DNA of 20,000 nucleotides from an uncultured virus (IMG/VR IMGVR_UViG_3300020190_000040) (Duplodnaviria > Heunggongvirae > Uroviricota > Caudoviricetes > Kyanoviridae). The position numbers and the translations under genes were made by a program. Positions 7,871 through 15,464 of this stretch are shown here, one piece after another. Location of the stretch: the IMG/VR virus record IMGVR_UViG_3300020190_000040. The stretch is one strand, 5' to 3'. The notes beneath the pieces are model-generated. The model was given only the letters and a program-made list of their open reading frames with translations. It had not been told where the DNA came from and did not search any database. The first letter of the stretch is position 1. Every line of letters starts with the position of its first letter.

Positions 7871-7904
7871 TATTTATAATAGCACGGTTTCCCGTACCTG
7901 TCAA
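7871..7904 (-). promoter_or_regulatory. Composite psbA promoter (sigma70 early plus T4-type late)
   Basis: TTGACA-17-TATTAT overlapping TATAAATA (7871-7878). Confidence 0.8.
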
Positions 7905-7911
7905 CCCCCCC

Positions 7912-7929
7912 CATAAATAAAGATAAATA
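7912..7929 (+). promoter_or_regulatory. Tandem T4-type late-promoter-like boxes for the plus-strand island
   Basis: CATAAATA and GATAAATA just upstream of ATG 7947. Confidence 0.55.
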
Positions 7930-7946
7930 AAACCTTTTTATGGATA

Positions 7947-9431
7947 ATGGCAAATCGATTCCCATTAGTAATCAATAATTCTACTACTGTTGTCGGAGAG
8001 TTGCAAGCCTCCGACAATTTGAATTTATCTTTATCTGGAATTTATGATGGGGCTGGTACAGGTATTTTAGGTCAAGTTTTAAAATCAACTGGCAGTAATG
8101 GAGTTGTTTGGGGAACTGTTGGTGATGTATTTTTAACCAGCACACAAACACTAACAAATAAAACATTTAGTTCTTGTACTTTTAATGCTTTATCTAATAC
8201 ACTGACTAATATTCCTAATAATTCTTTAGTTTATTCAACAATAACTATTAATGGTGTTGCTATTCCTTTAGGTGGAACAGTAGCGACTATAGATACAAAC
8301 ACAACATATTCATTAGGAACATCAACTCCATCAGTTAATTATGCTTTGATTAAATTAACTGCTGGTGGGAGTGGAGGTGCTAGTTCAGAATTTAGTATAT
8401 ATGGATTAAATGGTATAACAGTAAGTAAACAAGCAAATGGTGATATACAACTATCGCCCAGTTTACAATCATTGACGCCAGGAAATTATATAACTGGATC
8501 TTCTTACGATGGTTTAACTGCTAGAACTTGGGACATCAACGCTGTTGTTACTGCTACAGCATCCACTATAGTTGCCAGAGATTCTACTGGTTCTTTTGCT
8601 GGAAATAATATAGCAGCATCACAATTTATAAAAACAGGTGGAACTTCATCTCAATTTTTAAAAGCAGATGGGTCAATTGATTCTAATACTTATTTAACTT
8701 CTGCCCCAACTCCAGGAAATGGAACTTTAACTCTTGCTGTTTCTGGTACAGGATTAAGTGGTTCCCAAACCTTTACTGCAAACCAAAGTGGAAACTCTAC
8801 ATTCACAGTAACATCAAATGCTACATCAGCAAATACTGCATCAACTATTGTTGCTAGAGATAGTTCAAATAACTTCTCTGCTGGTACAATTACCGCCGCA
8901 TCATTTGTCAGATCTGGAGGAACCTCAGCACAATTTTTAAAAGCAGATGGATCTATAGATAGCAACTCTTATTTAGTGTCGGCGCCACCAGAAATTCCCT
9001 CTGGATCTGTATTTTTACTTTACCAAGCAAACGCACCTACAGGATGGACAAAGGTTACTACTCAAGATAACAAAGCATTGAGAGTTGTTTCTGGAACTGG
9101 TGGTGGAATGGGAGGTTCAACTGCATTTACATCAGTCTTTACTTCCAGAACGCCTAGTGGTTCTGTTTCTATGACTAATGCTGCAGTTACCTTGAGTCAA
9201 TCACAAATTCCAAGTCATAATCATACATTTGCAGGATCATATGGATATGATAGATACAACATGAATTATTATGGTTGGAACCAAACAGCAGGCCTAAATC
9301 CAAGTACAAATTCAACTAATTCCACTGGAGGAGGTGGATCCCACACTCACGCTAACACAGCATCATTCAGTGGATCGTCAATGGACTTTGCTGTTCAGTA
9401 TATAGATATTATACTCTGCAGTAAAGATTAA
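7947..9431 (+). CDS. Tail fibre / virion structural protein
   Basis: Gly/Ser/Thr-rich. MANRFPL N-terminus, TQTLTNKT motif, duplicated ASTIVARDS...QFLKADGSIDSN module, collar-like IPSG...APTGW region and a C-terminal HxH tip (PSHNH, SHTH). Confidence 0.8.
   Translation: MANRFPLVINNSTTVVGELQASDNLNLSLSGIYDGAGTGILGQVLKSTGSNGVVWGTVGDVFLTSTQTLTNKTFSSCTFNALSNTLTNIPNNSLVYSTITINGVAIPLGGTVATIDTNTTYSLGTSTPSVNYALIKLTAGGSGGASSEFSIYGLNGITVSKQANGDIQLSPSLQSLTPGNYITGSSYDGLTARTWDINAVVTATASTIVARDSTGSFAGNNIAASQFIKTGGTSSQFLKADGSIDSNTYLTSAPTPGNGTLTLAVSGTGLSGSQTFTANQSGNSTFTVTSNATSANTASTIVARDSSNNFSAGTITAASFVRSGGTSAQFLKADGSIDSNSYLVSAPPEIPSGSVFLLYQANAPTGWTKVTTQDNKALRVVSGTGGGMGGSTAFTSVFTSRTPSGSVSMTNAAVTLSQSQIPSHNHTFAGSYGYDRYNMNYYGWNQTAGLNPSTNSTNSTGGGGSHTHANTASFSGSSMDFAVQYIDIILCSKD
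8559..8975 (+). repeat. Internal duplication in the tail fibre gene (two ~138-nt copies, 279-nt period)
   Basis: 8559-8696 and 8838-8975 encode ASTIVARDS(TGSFAGNNI/SNNFSAGTIT)AAS..GGTS.QFLKADGSIDSN.YL. Confidence 0.85.
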
Positions 9432-9449
9432 TTAAGGAGATTTAAAAAA

Positions 9450-9743
9450 ATGAGAGTAACGATTATCCCTGAAGATAAATTTATTAGAAAGGATGATGTA
9501 TTTGTAAAACTTCCTGAATGGAACTTTAATGATCCTGATATTCATGCAATTCAGTGGTACGAAGATAATGGTGAAATAGAGTGGAAGAACCCACAACGAA
9601 ACGAACTAATTACTGATGACTCTATTCTTGAACCTTATCTTATTGCATTAGAAGAGTATTTGGTTGAATTATCTACTCCTCCCCCACCACCTGATCCTAC
9701 TCCAAATGATACAGAAACTTTAACAAATATATTAAATTCTTAA
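9450..9743 (+). CDS. Hypothetical protein, possible tail-fibre-associated/assembly protein
   Basis: SD AAGGAG. MRVTIIPED...IHAIQW...GEIEW. Directly follows the fibre gene; function inferred from context only. Confidence 0.65.
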   Translation: MRVTIIPEDKFIRKDDVFVKLPEWNFNDPDIHAIQWYEDNGEIEWKNPQRNELITDDSILEPYLIALEEYLVELSTPPPPPDPTPNDTETLTNILNS

Positions 9744-9744
9744 A

Positions 9745-10368
9745 ATGGAAAATAAAGAGGCATGGATTTATATACATATTTTTAAGACAGCAGGAACATT
9801 TATAAAAGATAGAATAGCACAATCTAAAGATACATCTAAAATACTAGATCCATTTACTGCCAACCCCGAATATTCACAACCTCTCAGACATGCTCCTAGT
9901 ATTTCTTTTGTTCGTAGTAAAATAAAACTCGCTAATGATCCTAGAATTGGTTTTGTAGTAATTGTTAGAAATCCTTATGATAGATTGTTTAGTTTGTGGA
10001 AGTGGACAAGAGCATATGGATATGATGGAAACCTATTTTATCCAGAAATAGAAGAAAAGTTTGAAGATTTTTTAATAAGTTTAAAAGATGGAAAATATAA
10101 TTCTTATTATCTTATGAATAAACAAACTTTTTTCTTTACTGGAGAAGAAGATGTATCTGTAAAAACTATGAAATTTGAAGAACTTAATACTACTGTGAGA
10201 ACTTTTTTTGGGGATAATGGCGTTGCTTGGTCTGGTACAAAACTGAACAATATCACTGCTCCTCCATATCATGAAATGTACAATAATAAAATGAGAGATT
10301 TAGTAATTGAGATGTGTAGTGAAGAGTTTGAAAAGTTTGATTATTCTTTAGATTTACAAATTAAATAA
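9745..10368 (+). CDS. Sulfotransferase family 2 protein
   Basis: 5'-PSB-like IHIFKTAGT, 3'-PB-like VRNPYDRLFS, KFEEL and a C-terminal F.KFDY. Confidence 0.8.
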   Translation: MENKEAWIYIHIFKTAGTFIKDRIAQSKDTSKILDPFTANPEYSQPLRHAPSISFVRSKIKLANDPRIGFVVIVRNPYDRLFSLWKWTRAYGYDGNLFYPEIEEKFEDFLISLKDGKYNSYYLMNKQTFFFTGEEDVSVKTMKFEELNTTVRTFFGDNGVAWSGTKLNNITAPPYHEMYNNKMRDLVIEMCSEEFEKFDYSLDLQIK

Positions 10369-10393
10369 ATTCTTTTATAATATAGTTTTAGTT

Positions 10394-10723
10394 ATGGCTA
10401 AGATAAAACCAGGCAACTTTTGCCCACTGATTAAAAAAGATTGTATTGGATTGAAGTGTGCTTGGTATACTCAAATGAGAGGAACCAATCCAAACACAGG
10501 AGAACCTGTTGATGAATGGGGATGTGCTGTTGCTTGGATGCCTTTTATGGCTGTCGAAATTGCACAAAAATCAAATCAAACGGGAGCAGCAGTTGAGTCA
10601 TTTAGAAATGAAGTTGTGAAAGGAAATCACGAAAATAGACAACTTTACATTTCTGCTTTACAACAAGGAATAGTTCCAGTGCAGATATCTCCATTAAATA
10701 TTTTAGAAGATAAAGATCAGTAA
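10394..10723 (+). CDS. Cys-rich hypothetical phage protein
   Basis: CPLIKKDC...CAW...WGCA...TGAAVESFRNE. Confidence 0.8.
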   Translation: MAKIKPGNFCPLIKKDCIGLKCAWYTQMRGTNPNTGEPVDEWGCAVAWMPFMAVEIAQKSNQTGAAVESFRNEVVKGNHENRQLYISALQQGIVPVQISPLNILEDKDQ

Positions 10724-10785
10724 AACCCCAAAGATGGATTTGATATAAGTAAATTAGATATAAAAAAACTTTACCAGGAATTAGA

Positions 10786-11310
10786 ATGTCAGTAACTGTT
10801 TCCAGAACATATAGCACATCACATGATTTTTTAACTGCTACATGGTTCTATGATAAAGTAGGTGATGAAGCTATCACCTGTTCTACTGACAAACCGATAT
10901 CGCCCGAAAGAATACTTGATCATGGATGTAGTTTTATACTACGTGGTTCGGGAAAAGAAAAAGAAATGTATCAAGAAGACTTTATCCACTATCAAAAAGG
11001 TGATGTAATAAATGATCGTTTTCCAGCAGAAACTATAGCTATAGCACTGGAAGATAATTCTGTGTGGTGTTACATCTGTGATAAAGATGAATCAAAAGTA
11101 ATTACAGGTACAACATTATTTGTTCCTGAATATAAAATCATTATGCTAGAAGCTAATGATAAAGACATCTACCTGTTTTGCCCCCACGAAGACGTAGAGA
11201 TTGATGGGGAACTTTTAGATCGAAAAGAAATTAAAAAAATAAATGCTGGTGAGGTAGCAATCCTCACCAGCAAAAAAGATATTTACATTGCTACTTTTAC
11301 TTACGATTGA
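10786..11310 (+). CDS. Hypothetical protein (beta-rich)
   Basis: 174-aa ORF ending convergently with the peroxiredoxin (10-nt overlap). Confidence 0.7.
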   Translation: MSVTVSRTYSTSHDFLTATWFYDKVGDEAITCSTDKPISPERILDHGCSFILRGSGKEKEMYQEDFIHYQKGDVINDRFPAETIAIALEDNSVWCYICDKDESKVITGTTLFVPEYKIIMLEANDKDIYLFCPHEDVEIDGELLDRKEIKKINAGEVAILTSKKDIYIATFTYD

Positions 11311-11804
11311 CCAGTTAAATAAAGAAGAATGTTGTCTGGAGTAGTAACTTCATAAGGATCATTTCCTACGTTGTTACCAATACCATCTTCAACAAACCAT
11401 TGTTCAATACGTTTGTCATTAGCAATTACAGCATAACGCCACGAGCGTTCTCCAAATCCAAGATTAAATTTGGGAACTAACATACCCATCGAACGAGTGA
11501 AGTATGTATTTCCATCTGGGATTAGTTTTACATTTTGAATGTTTTGATCTTTTGCCCAAGCATTCATTACGAAACCATCATTAACAGAAACACAATAAAT
11601 TTCATCGATTCCTAGTGATTTGAATTGCTCATACTTCTGATCAAAATCAGGCAGTTGATAAGCAGAACATGTTGGAGTAAAAGCACCAGGAAGACTAAAA
11701 ATAACTACACGTTTATCTCCAAACAAATTATCTGTAGTTTTAGTGATAAATTCATCACCTTCTCTACAGATAAAATCATTAGGGGGAAGAAGATCAATGT
11801 TCAT
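11301..11804 (-). CDS. Peroxiredoxin (Prx5/type II)
   Basis: FSLPGAFTPTCS peroxidatic motif, SVNDGFVMNAW, PDGN, RSWRYA. Confidence 0.93.
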   Translation of the reverse strand: MNIDLLPPNDFICREGDEFITKTTDNLFGDKRVVIFSLPGAFTPTCSAYQLPDFDQKYEQFKSLGIDEIYCVSVNDGFVMNAWAKDQNIQNVKLIPDGNTYFTRSMGMLVPKFNLGFGERSWRYAVIANDKRIEQWFVEDGIGNNVGNDPYEVTTPDNILLYLTGQS

Positions 11805-11923
11805 CACCAAACACCAGGAATAATCTGACCAGTAGTGAAGTATGTACCAACAGCAATGACGAAACCGAGCATTGCCAGACGAGCGTTGAGGATCTCTGCC
11901 TCAGGGGTGAATCCGAATTTCAT
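11804..11923 (-). CDS. hli: High-light-inducible protein (39 aa)
   Basis: MKFGFTPEAEILNARLAMLGFVIAVGTYFTTGQIIPGVW: ExxNxRxAM motif and TGQIIPG. SD AAGGAG. Not in the ORF track. Confidence 0.93.
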   Translation of the reverse strand: MKFGFTPEAEILNARLAMLGFVIAVGTYFTTGQIIPGVW

Positions 11924-11934
11924 AGTTGTTCTCC

Positions 11935-12120
11935 TTATTTGACTTTAGAGTAGATGGAAGTGTCACCGTAATCACGGTGAAGTTTGTAACCGACAACCGC
12001 TCCCTTTGTATTCATGAGTGAAGGCATGAAAACGATTGTAAAGAAAACTACTGGTGCTCCAATAAAAATGGCAGCAACAATAACATAATAAGTCAGTAAT
12101 TCAATTAGTGAGTGTTCCAT
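11935..12120 (-). CDS. Hypothetical membrane protein
   Basis: MEHSLIELLTYYVIVAAIFIGAPVVFFTIVFMPSLMNTKG... Confidence 0.7.
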   Translation of the reverse strand: MEHSLIELLTYYVIVAAIFIGAPVVFFTIVFMPSLMNTKGAVVGYKLHRDYGDTSIYSKVK

Positions 12121-12373
12121 TATAAGGGTGTTGTTGTTTGAGGTCAGGGTTTGGTGTGGATGATACCACTTGTTTGATTGGTTTGATGACAATAAACTTG
12201 TCGTTTTTTAGGGTGCCTGCAAGCTTAACTTCCAGTTTGGTGTTATGATCCCAGGCACCCGACTCAATCAAATCTATAAGAACAAGGGCAAATTGCCCAA
12301 GCATGTCACTAGTATTGGTGGAAGTAGGTATGTCTGATAACACCCTTTCTTCTGGTTCAAGATTACCAATCAT
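12101..12373 (-). CDS. Hypothetical protein
   Basis: 90-aa ORF, TGATG-coupled to the upstream gene. Confidence 0.7.
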   Translation of the reverse strand: MIGNLEPEERVLSDIPTSTNTSDMLGQFALVLIDLIESGAWDHNTKLEVKLAGTLKNDKFIVIKPIKQVVSSTPNPDLKQQHPYNGTLTN

Positions 12374-12672
12374 CAGTAATCATCTCCATATTCAAGACCA
12401 GATTCGGCATTCATTAATTCTACCGTAGTCTGGTAACCATTTGCGACTGTGAGATCATGGGTTTTTCCAATGTCATACACTGCTGCAACGTCGTAGACGG
12501 GAGCGGTAATCCAAGAAAATCCCTTGCCGAATGTATTATCAGGATTGACGACGTACCAATGACAAGCAGTGTCAGGTACGGCAACCGAACATTTTTTCCA
12601 GTCATTATCCCATTGAGGTACTTGGACAAATTGTAGCACAGCAAATAATACTGCGAATAAACTAGTAAACAT
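12373..12672 (-). CDS. Hypothetical protein with N-terminal hydrophobic segment
   Basis: 99-aa ORF coupled at both ends. Confidence 0.7.
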   Translation of the reverse strand: MFTSLFAVLFAVLQFVQVPQWDNDWKKCSVAVPDTACHWYVVNPDNTFGKGFSWITAPVYDVAAVYDIGKTHDLTVANGYQTTVELMNAESGLEYGDDY

Positions 12673-12758
12673 CAGTATGTCTCAGCGAGTTGCTCTACAG
12701 CATAGCATAGCGCGACGAAAAAAGCAACCGTAGTGATGGTAAAAATTGTTTCAGTCAT
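12672..12758 (-). CDS. Small membrane peptide (28 aa)
   Basis: MTETIFTITTVAFFVALCYAVEQLAETY. TGATG overlaps at both ends. Confidence 0.6.
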   Translation of the reverse strand: MTETIFTITTVAFFVALCYAVEQLAETY

Positions 12759-12952
12759 CAGAAGACACCGAAGAAGAACTTGTCAGTGAGAGCATAAGAA
12801 ATGAAACCAGCAATAATACCGACCATAGCCCAGCGTCCATTAACTTTCTCCTTTACTTGATTAGGGGAATCCATACCGTAGTTTTCGTAATACATCGTAG
12901 GCTCTGTTGCCCACATGTTTTGTTGACCACGATCATTTGTTGTTACAGTCAT
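12758..12952 (-). CDS. hli: High-light-inducible protein (64 aa)
   Basis: MTVTTNDRGQQNMWATEP...EKVNGRWAMVG...FFFGVF. Confidence 0.92.
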   Translation of the reverse strand: MTVTTNDRGQQNMWATEPTMYYENYGMDSPNQVKEKVNGRWAMVGIIAGFISYALTDKFFFGVF

Positions 12953-12979
12953 TGTAGTTTTGTAAAGAACTATTACATT

Positions 12980-13008
12980 ATTATATAGCAAAAAAAAGGG
13001 GGTGTCAA
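12980..13008 (-). promoter_or_regulatory. Perfect sigma70 consensus promoter for the hli operon
   Basis: TTGACA-17-TATAAT. Confidence 0.85.
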
Positions 13009-13017
13009 GCCCCCCTT
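12990..13017 (-). terminator. Intrinsic terminator with an embedded -35 element
   Basis: AAGGGGG-GCTTGACA-CCCCC followed by T8. Confidence 0.8.
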
Positions 13018-13056
13018 CGTAGTCATTTATACTTATTTTGTTATGATTTCCTGATA

Positions 13057-13434
13057 TCAGAACGAGTAACGAACTTTCAGTTCACCACCAAGGTCAAAGA
13101 CTTCACTCTTACGACCATACTCACCACCAACTTTAGCGTTGACGCTAACACGGTCGGAAACTCTGGCTTTCACACCAACTTCACCAACGGCAACGGTTTC
13201 ACCAGTGGTCTGTAGGAATCCATCAACCGCCGTCCACTCATAACCAGGACCGATTTCACCAAAGACAGTTACGCCCTTGGAAACTTTCTCTTCATAACCA
13301 ACACGAAGTTCAGTCTGAGCACCTTTGTAAGTGCCATCAGAAAGACCTGCAGTGGTCTTCGATTCTACATAAGGACCAGCAAAGGCGGGAGCTGCCATAA
13401 AAGGAAGAGCAGCAAGAGCAAGGAATTGTTTCAT
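13057..13434 (-). CDS. Putative small outer-membrane beta-barrel protein
   Basis: Signal peptide MKQFLALAALPFMAAPAFA|GPYVE, alternating amphipathic strands and a C-terminal KVRYSF beta-signal. Confidence 0.75.
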   Translation of the reverse strand: MKQFLALAALPFMAAPAFAGPYVESKTTAGLSDGTYKGAQTELRVGYEEKVSKGVTVFGEIGPGYEWTAVDGFLQTTGETVAVGEVGVKARVSDRVSVNAKVGGEYGRKSEVFDLGGELKVRYSF

Positions 13435-13479
13435 AAAAATTAAAAACGTAGGATAATGTCCAAAAATTAAGGACAACTG

Positions 13480-13509
13480 ATCTTAGCATAACTGTATCGG
13501 TTGTGTCAA
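13480..13509 (-). promoter_or_regulatory. sigma70-type promoter for the beta-barrel gene
   Basis: TTGACA-18-TAAGAT with TGn extension. Confidence 0.55.
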
Positions 13510-13527
13510 CTAAGAACAGGTTAAGAA

Positions 13528-13599
13528 AGCGGAGTATCGGAATCGAACCGACGACATCTAACTTGGAAGGATAGCGTTCTACCGCTGAACTAACTCCGC
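13528..13599 (-). tRNA. tRNA-Gly(TCC)
   Basis: GCGGAGT acceptor stem, anticodon loop CTTCCAA, GGTTCGATT T-loop. No encoded CCA. Confidence 0.95.
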
Positions 13600-13621
13600 A
13601 GGGTGGGGAGGTCAATCCCCG

Positions 13622-13945
13622 TGAGCAGGCTCGCCACCAACTTTGGTACGAGAAAGTTGGAAACTCGGCGGGAGTATACCTCCATCCGCACCAGCAGGCT
13701 TAACCCTTATCCTGCGGGGTTACAGTAACTTTGACTAGTCTAAAGTACTCTTCATATATTTTATCTTTAAGAAAATCAAGGTACTTGATGTCTTCTTCCC
13801 AAGTAGTTAACTGCTCCAAAATTGCCATAGCATTTTCGATTTGGTTACCACATGAAAGAAGTCTTAAAGAGTTGTATTTCGGATCATAGTTTGTCATAAC
13901 TACCAGGGGGTCCCGACCAGGGCAAGTTTAAAGTCATTCCGAGAC
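13622..13945 (-). ncRNA. manA-like structured RNA interrupted by an ORF
   Basis: 5' block GUCUCGGAAUGAC...CCCUGGUCGGGA. 3' block UGGUGCGGAUGGAG..CUCCCGCCGAG...GUGGCGAGCCUG. Two hairpin/pseudoknot units. Adjacent to a tRNA. Family recognised from memory, not by a covariance-model search. Confidence 0.7.
13700..13897 (-). CDS. 65-aa hypothetical protein embedded in the manA-like RNA
   Basis: MTNYDPKYNSLRLLSCGNQIENAMAILEQL...; helical, AT-rich. Confidence 0.6.
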   Translation of the reverse strand: MTNYDPKYNSLRLLSCGNQIENAMAILEQLTTWEEDIKYLDFLKDKIYEEYFRLVKVTVTPQDKG

Positions 13946-14131
13946 TGTTTGTGGAATAAGATCTTCCACTGCTGCTTGTACTGCAGCATCAAACTCTAGG
14001 AATGGTCCGTGATTAATGTCATTATATACGTAGTAGAACTTATTGTCAATGGTTTTAATTGAGTAATAGGTAATAACTTTATCACCCGTATCAAGTTCTT
14101 CTACAATTCTCATCTTTACTTCATCAGTCAT
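13934..14131 (-). CDS. Hypothetical protein
   Basis: 65-aa ORF whose stop overlaps the 5' hairpin of the manA-like RNA. Confidence 0.65.
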   Translation of the reverse strand: MTDEVKMRIVEELDTGDKVITYYSIKTIDNKFYYVYNDINHGPFLEFDAAVQAAVEDLIPQTVSE

Positions 14132-14158
14132 CTTTAATATAGCATAGGACGGTATGTT

Positions 14159-14593
14159 TTAATTTAACCAATTTAAAAATTCTTCATTTCCATAATTGTT
14201 CCAACCACCAGCAATTTGTACTCTGATGGGAATTTGTGTAGTAGCATGATATTCAATCAACCAAGCTAGAATAGAAGAATCAAGTTTTTGTCCACATTCA
14301 TAAACCTCATAATAAAGATTTTCATTATCCCCTCCTTTACAATCTTTAACAATTACCTTTGATTTATTCGGTTTGAACCATTCTGGAAAATCTTTATTAA
14401 TTAACCATTGACATTTAAATGTTTTACAAGGATCTTCTGGGCGATCTTTATAGATCGAGCAACATCCTTCAGAAACAAAATGACAGGGTTTGCCTGGATA
14501 AAAATGATGTCCATGAGCAGAACCCCATAACCATCCTTGACAACATTCAGTACATGTACCACAAGTTCTTTCTATGTTTACTTCATTAGTCAT
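14159..14593 (-). CDS. YkgJ-like cysteine-cluster (Zn or Fe-S) protein
   Basis: CGTCTECC...PCHF...CCSIYKDRPEDPCKTFKCQW. Confidence 0.75.
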   Translation of the reverse strand: MTNEVNIERTCGTCTECCQGWLWGSAHGHHFYPGKPCHFVSEGCCSIYKDRPEDPCKTFKCQWLINKDFPEWFKPNKSKVIVKDCKGGDNENLYYEVYECGQKLDSSILAWLIEYHATTQIPIRVQIAGGWNNYGNEEFLNWLN

Positions 14594-14828
14594 CTTTTAC
14601 ATAACAAGGGACACGATCTGGATCTAACCATTTAGTATACTCAAAGTCTTCCATTGCTGTTGTCATTTGCATTTCGTTGTCACACAGATACATATCACGA
14701 TAGCGTCCAGTAAATGAACACATTTTTTGAATACGGTAATCTGGTTTACCATTCAATTCAATTGTGCCTGTTTGTACATAACGATATGGAAACCGTTCAA
14801 GCAAGACTTTCGGAAGTTTCGTGGTCAT
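14586..14828 (-). CDS. Conserved cyanophage hypothetical protein
   Basis: LLERFPYRYV...NGKPDYRIQK...YRDMYLCDN...EDFEYTKWLDP. Confidence 0.75.
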   Translation of the reverse strand: MTTKLPKVLLERFPYRYVQTGTIELNGKPDYRIQKMCSFTGRYRDMYLCDNEMQMTTAMEDFEYTKWLDPDRVPCYVKDD

Positions 14829-15012
14829 CTTTCATAGGGAAATTGTCTTTAATAGTATCCCATACATCCTTGAGTTCGTCAAGGGCTGGAATCATGGCAA
14901 CTGCTCTCCCATCAGGAAGTCTAATGAGAAATTCTTTCTTTTCATTTTCAACTTGATTCATATAATGATCAAAATTAATTTCAAATTCTTTTTGGGTTAC
15001 TTCTTCCATCAT
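14797..15012 (-). CDS. Hypothetical protein resembling the Phd/YefM N-terminal domain
   Basis: EVTQKEFEINFDHYMNQVENEKKEFLIRLPDGRAVAMIP follows the Phd beta-alpha-alpha-beta-beta pattern. Confidence 0.55.
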   Translation of the reverse strand: MMEEVTQKEFEINFDHYMNQVENEKKEFLIRLPDGRAVAMIPALDELKDVWDTIKDNFPMKDDHETSESLA

Positions 15013-15254
15013 ACTTCACAGCATATATTATGTTTTTGTAAATATTCAATTGTATCAGAACATCCACCAAGATGCTTATCATCCATAGTTATTTGAGGGA
15101 AGGTAGATCCCTCACCAAATTCTTGATAAAATTGTTTTTTATTAAAGTCCACATCTAAAGTATATACTTTCATATCAAAGTTATGATATTCTAAAATAGC
15201 AATGCATTTTTTACAATTAGAACATCCTGGTTTTGAATAAATTGTAAATCTCAT
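15009..15254 (-). CDS. Glutaredoxin
   Basis: MRFTIYSKPGCSNC...STFPQI...HLGGCSD. Start at 15254, because the longer ORF-track start lies inside tRNA-Pro. Confidence 0.9.
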   Translation of the reverse strand: MRFTIYSKPGCSNCKKCIAILEYHNFDMKVYTLDVDFNKKQFYQEFGEGSTFPQITMDDKHLGGCSDTIEYLQKHNICCEV

Positions 15255-15280
15255 TGAAGTATATTTGCTGTTGTGGACAA

Positions 15281-15354
15281 TCGGGGTGATAGGATTCGAA
15301 CCTACGACATCCGCCTCCCAAAGACGGCGCTCTACCAAGCTGAGCTACACCCCG
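15281..15354 (-). tRNA. tRNA-Pro(TGG)
   Basis: CGGGGTG acceptor stem, anticodon loop TTTGGGA, GGTTCGAATCC. Confidence 0.95.
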
Positions 15355-15464
15355 TTACTCGCCTCTGTGTATAAACATTATACCATATATGGGGACTACA
15401 ATCAACAGGAAACAAAGAAATCCTAGTGAGTATGGATTATTTAAAATAATAGATGGTATATGAA

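Noticed and set aside
8559..8975. Tail-fibre repeat as a DGR template/variable repeat pair
   Set aside because: Both copies are in frame within one gene, differences are not adenine-specific, and no reverse transcriptase is present in the window.
12961..12977. TGTA-N9-TACA before hli as an NtcA site
   Set aside because: Spacer is 9 nt rather than 8.
13493..13508. TGTATC-based NtcA-like site in the beta-barrel promoter
   Set aside because: The second half-site is GTC, not TAC; too degenerate.
13337..13615. 92-aa minus-strand ORF
   Set aside because: Runs through tRNA-Gly and a promoter; spurious.
13605..13620. GGGGA-TTGACC-TCCCC hairpin as a terminator or promoter
   Set aside because: No T-tract and no convincing -10. 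More likely a processing stem or a relic between the ncRNA and the tRNA.
15255..15338. N-terminal extension of the glutaredoxin
   Set aside because: Overlaps tRNA-Pro; the ATG at 15254 gives a normal Grx.
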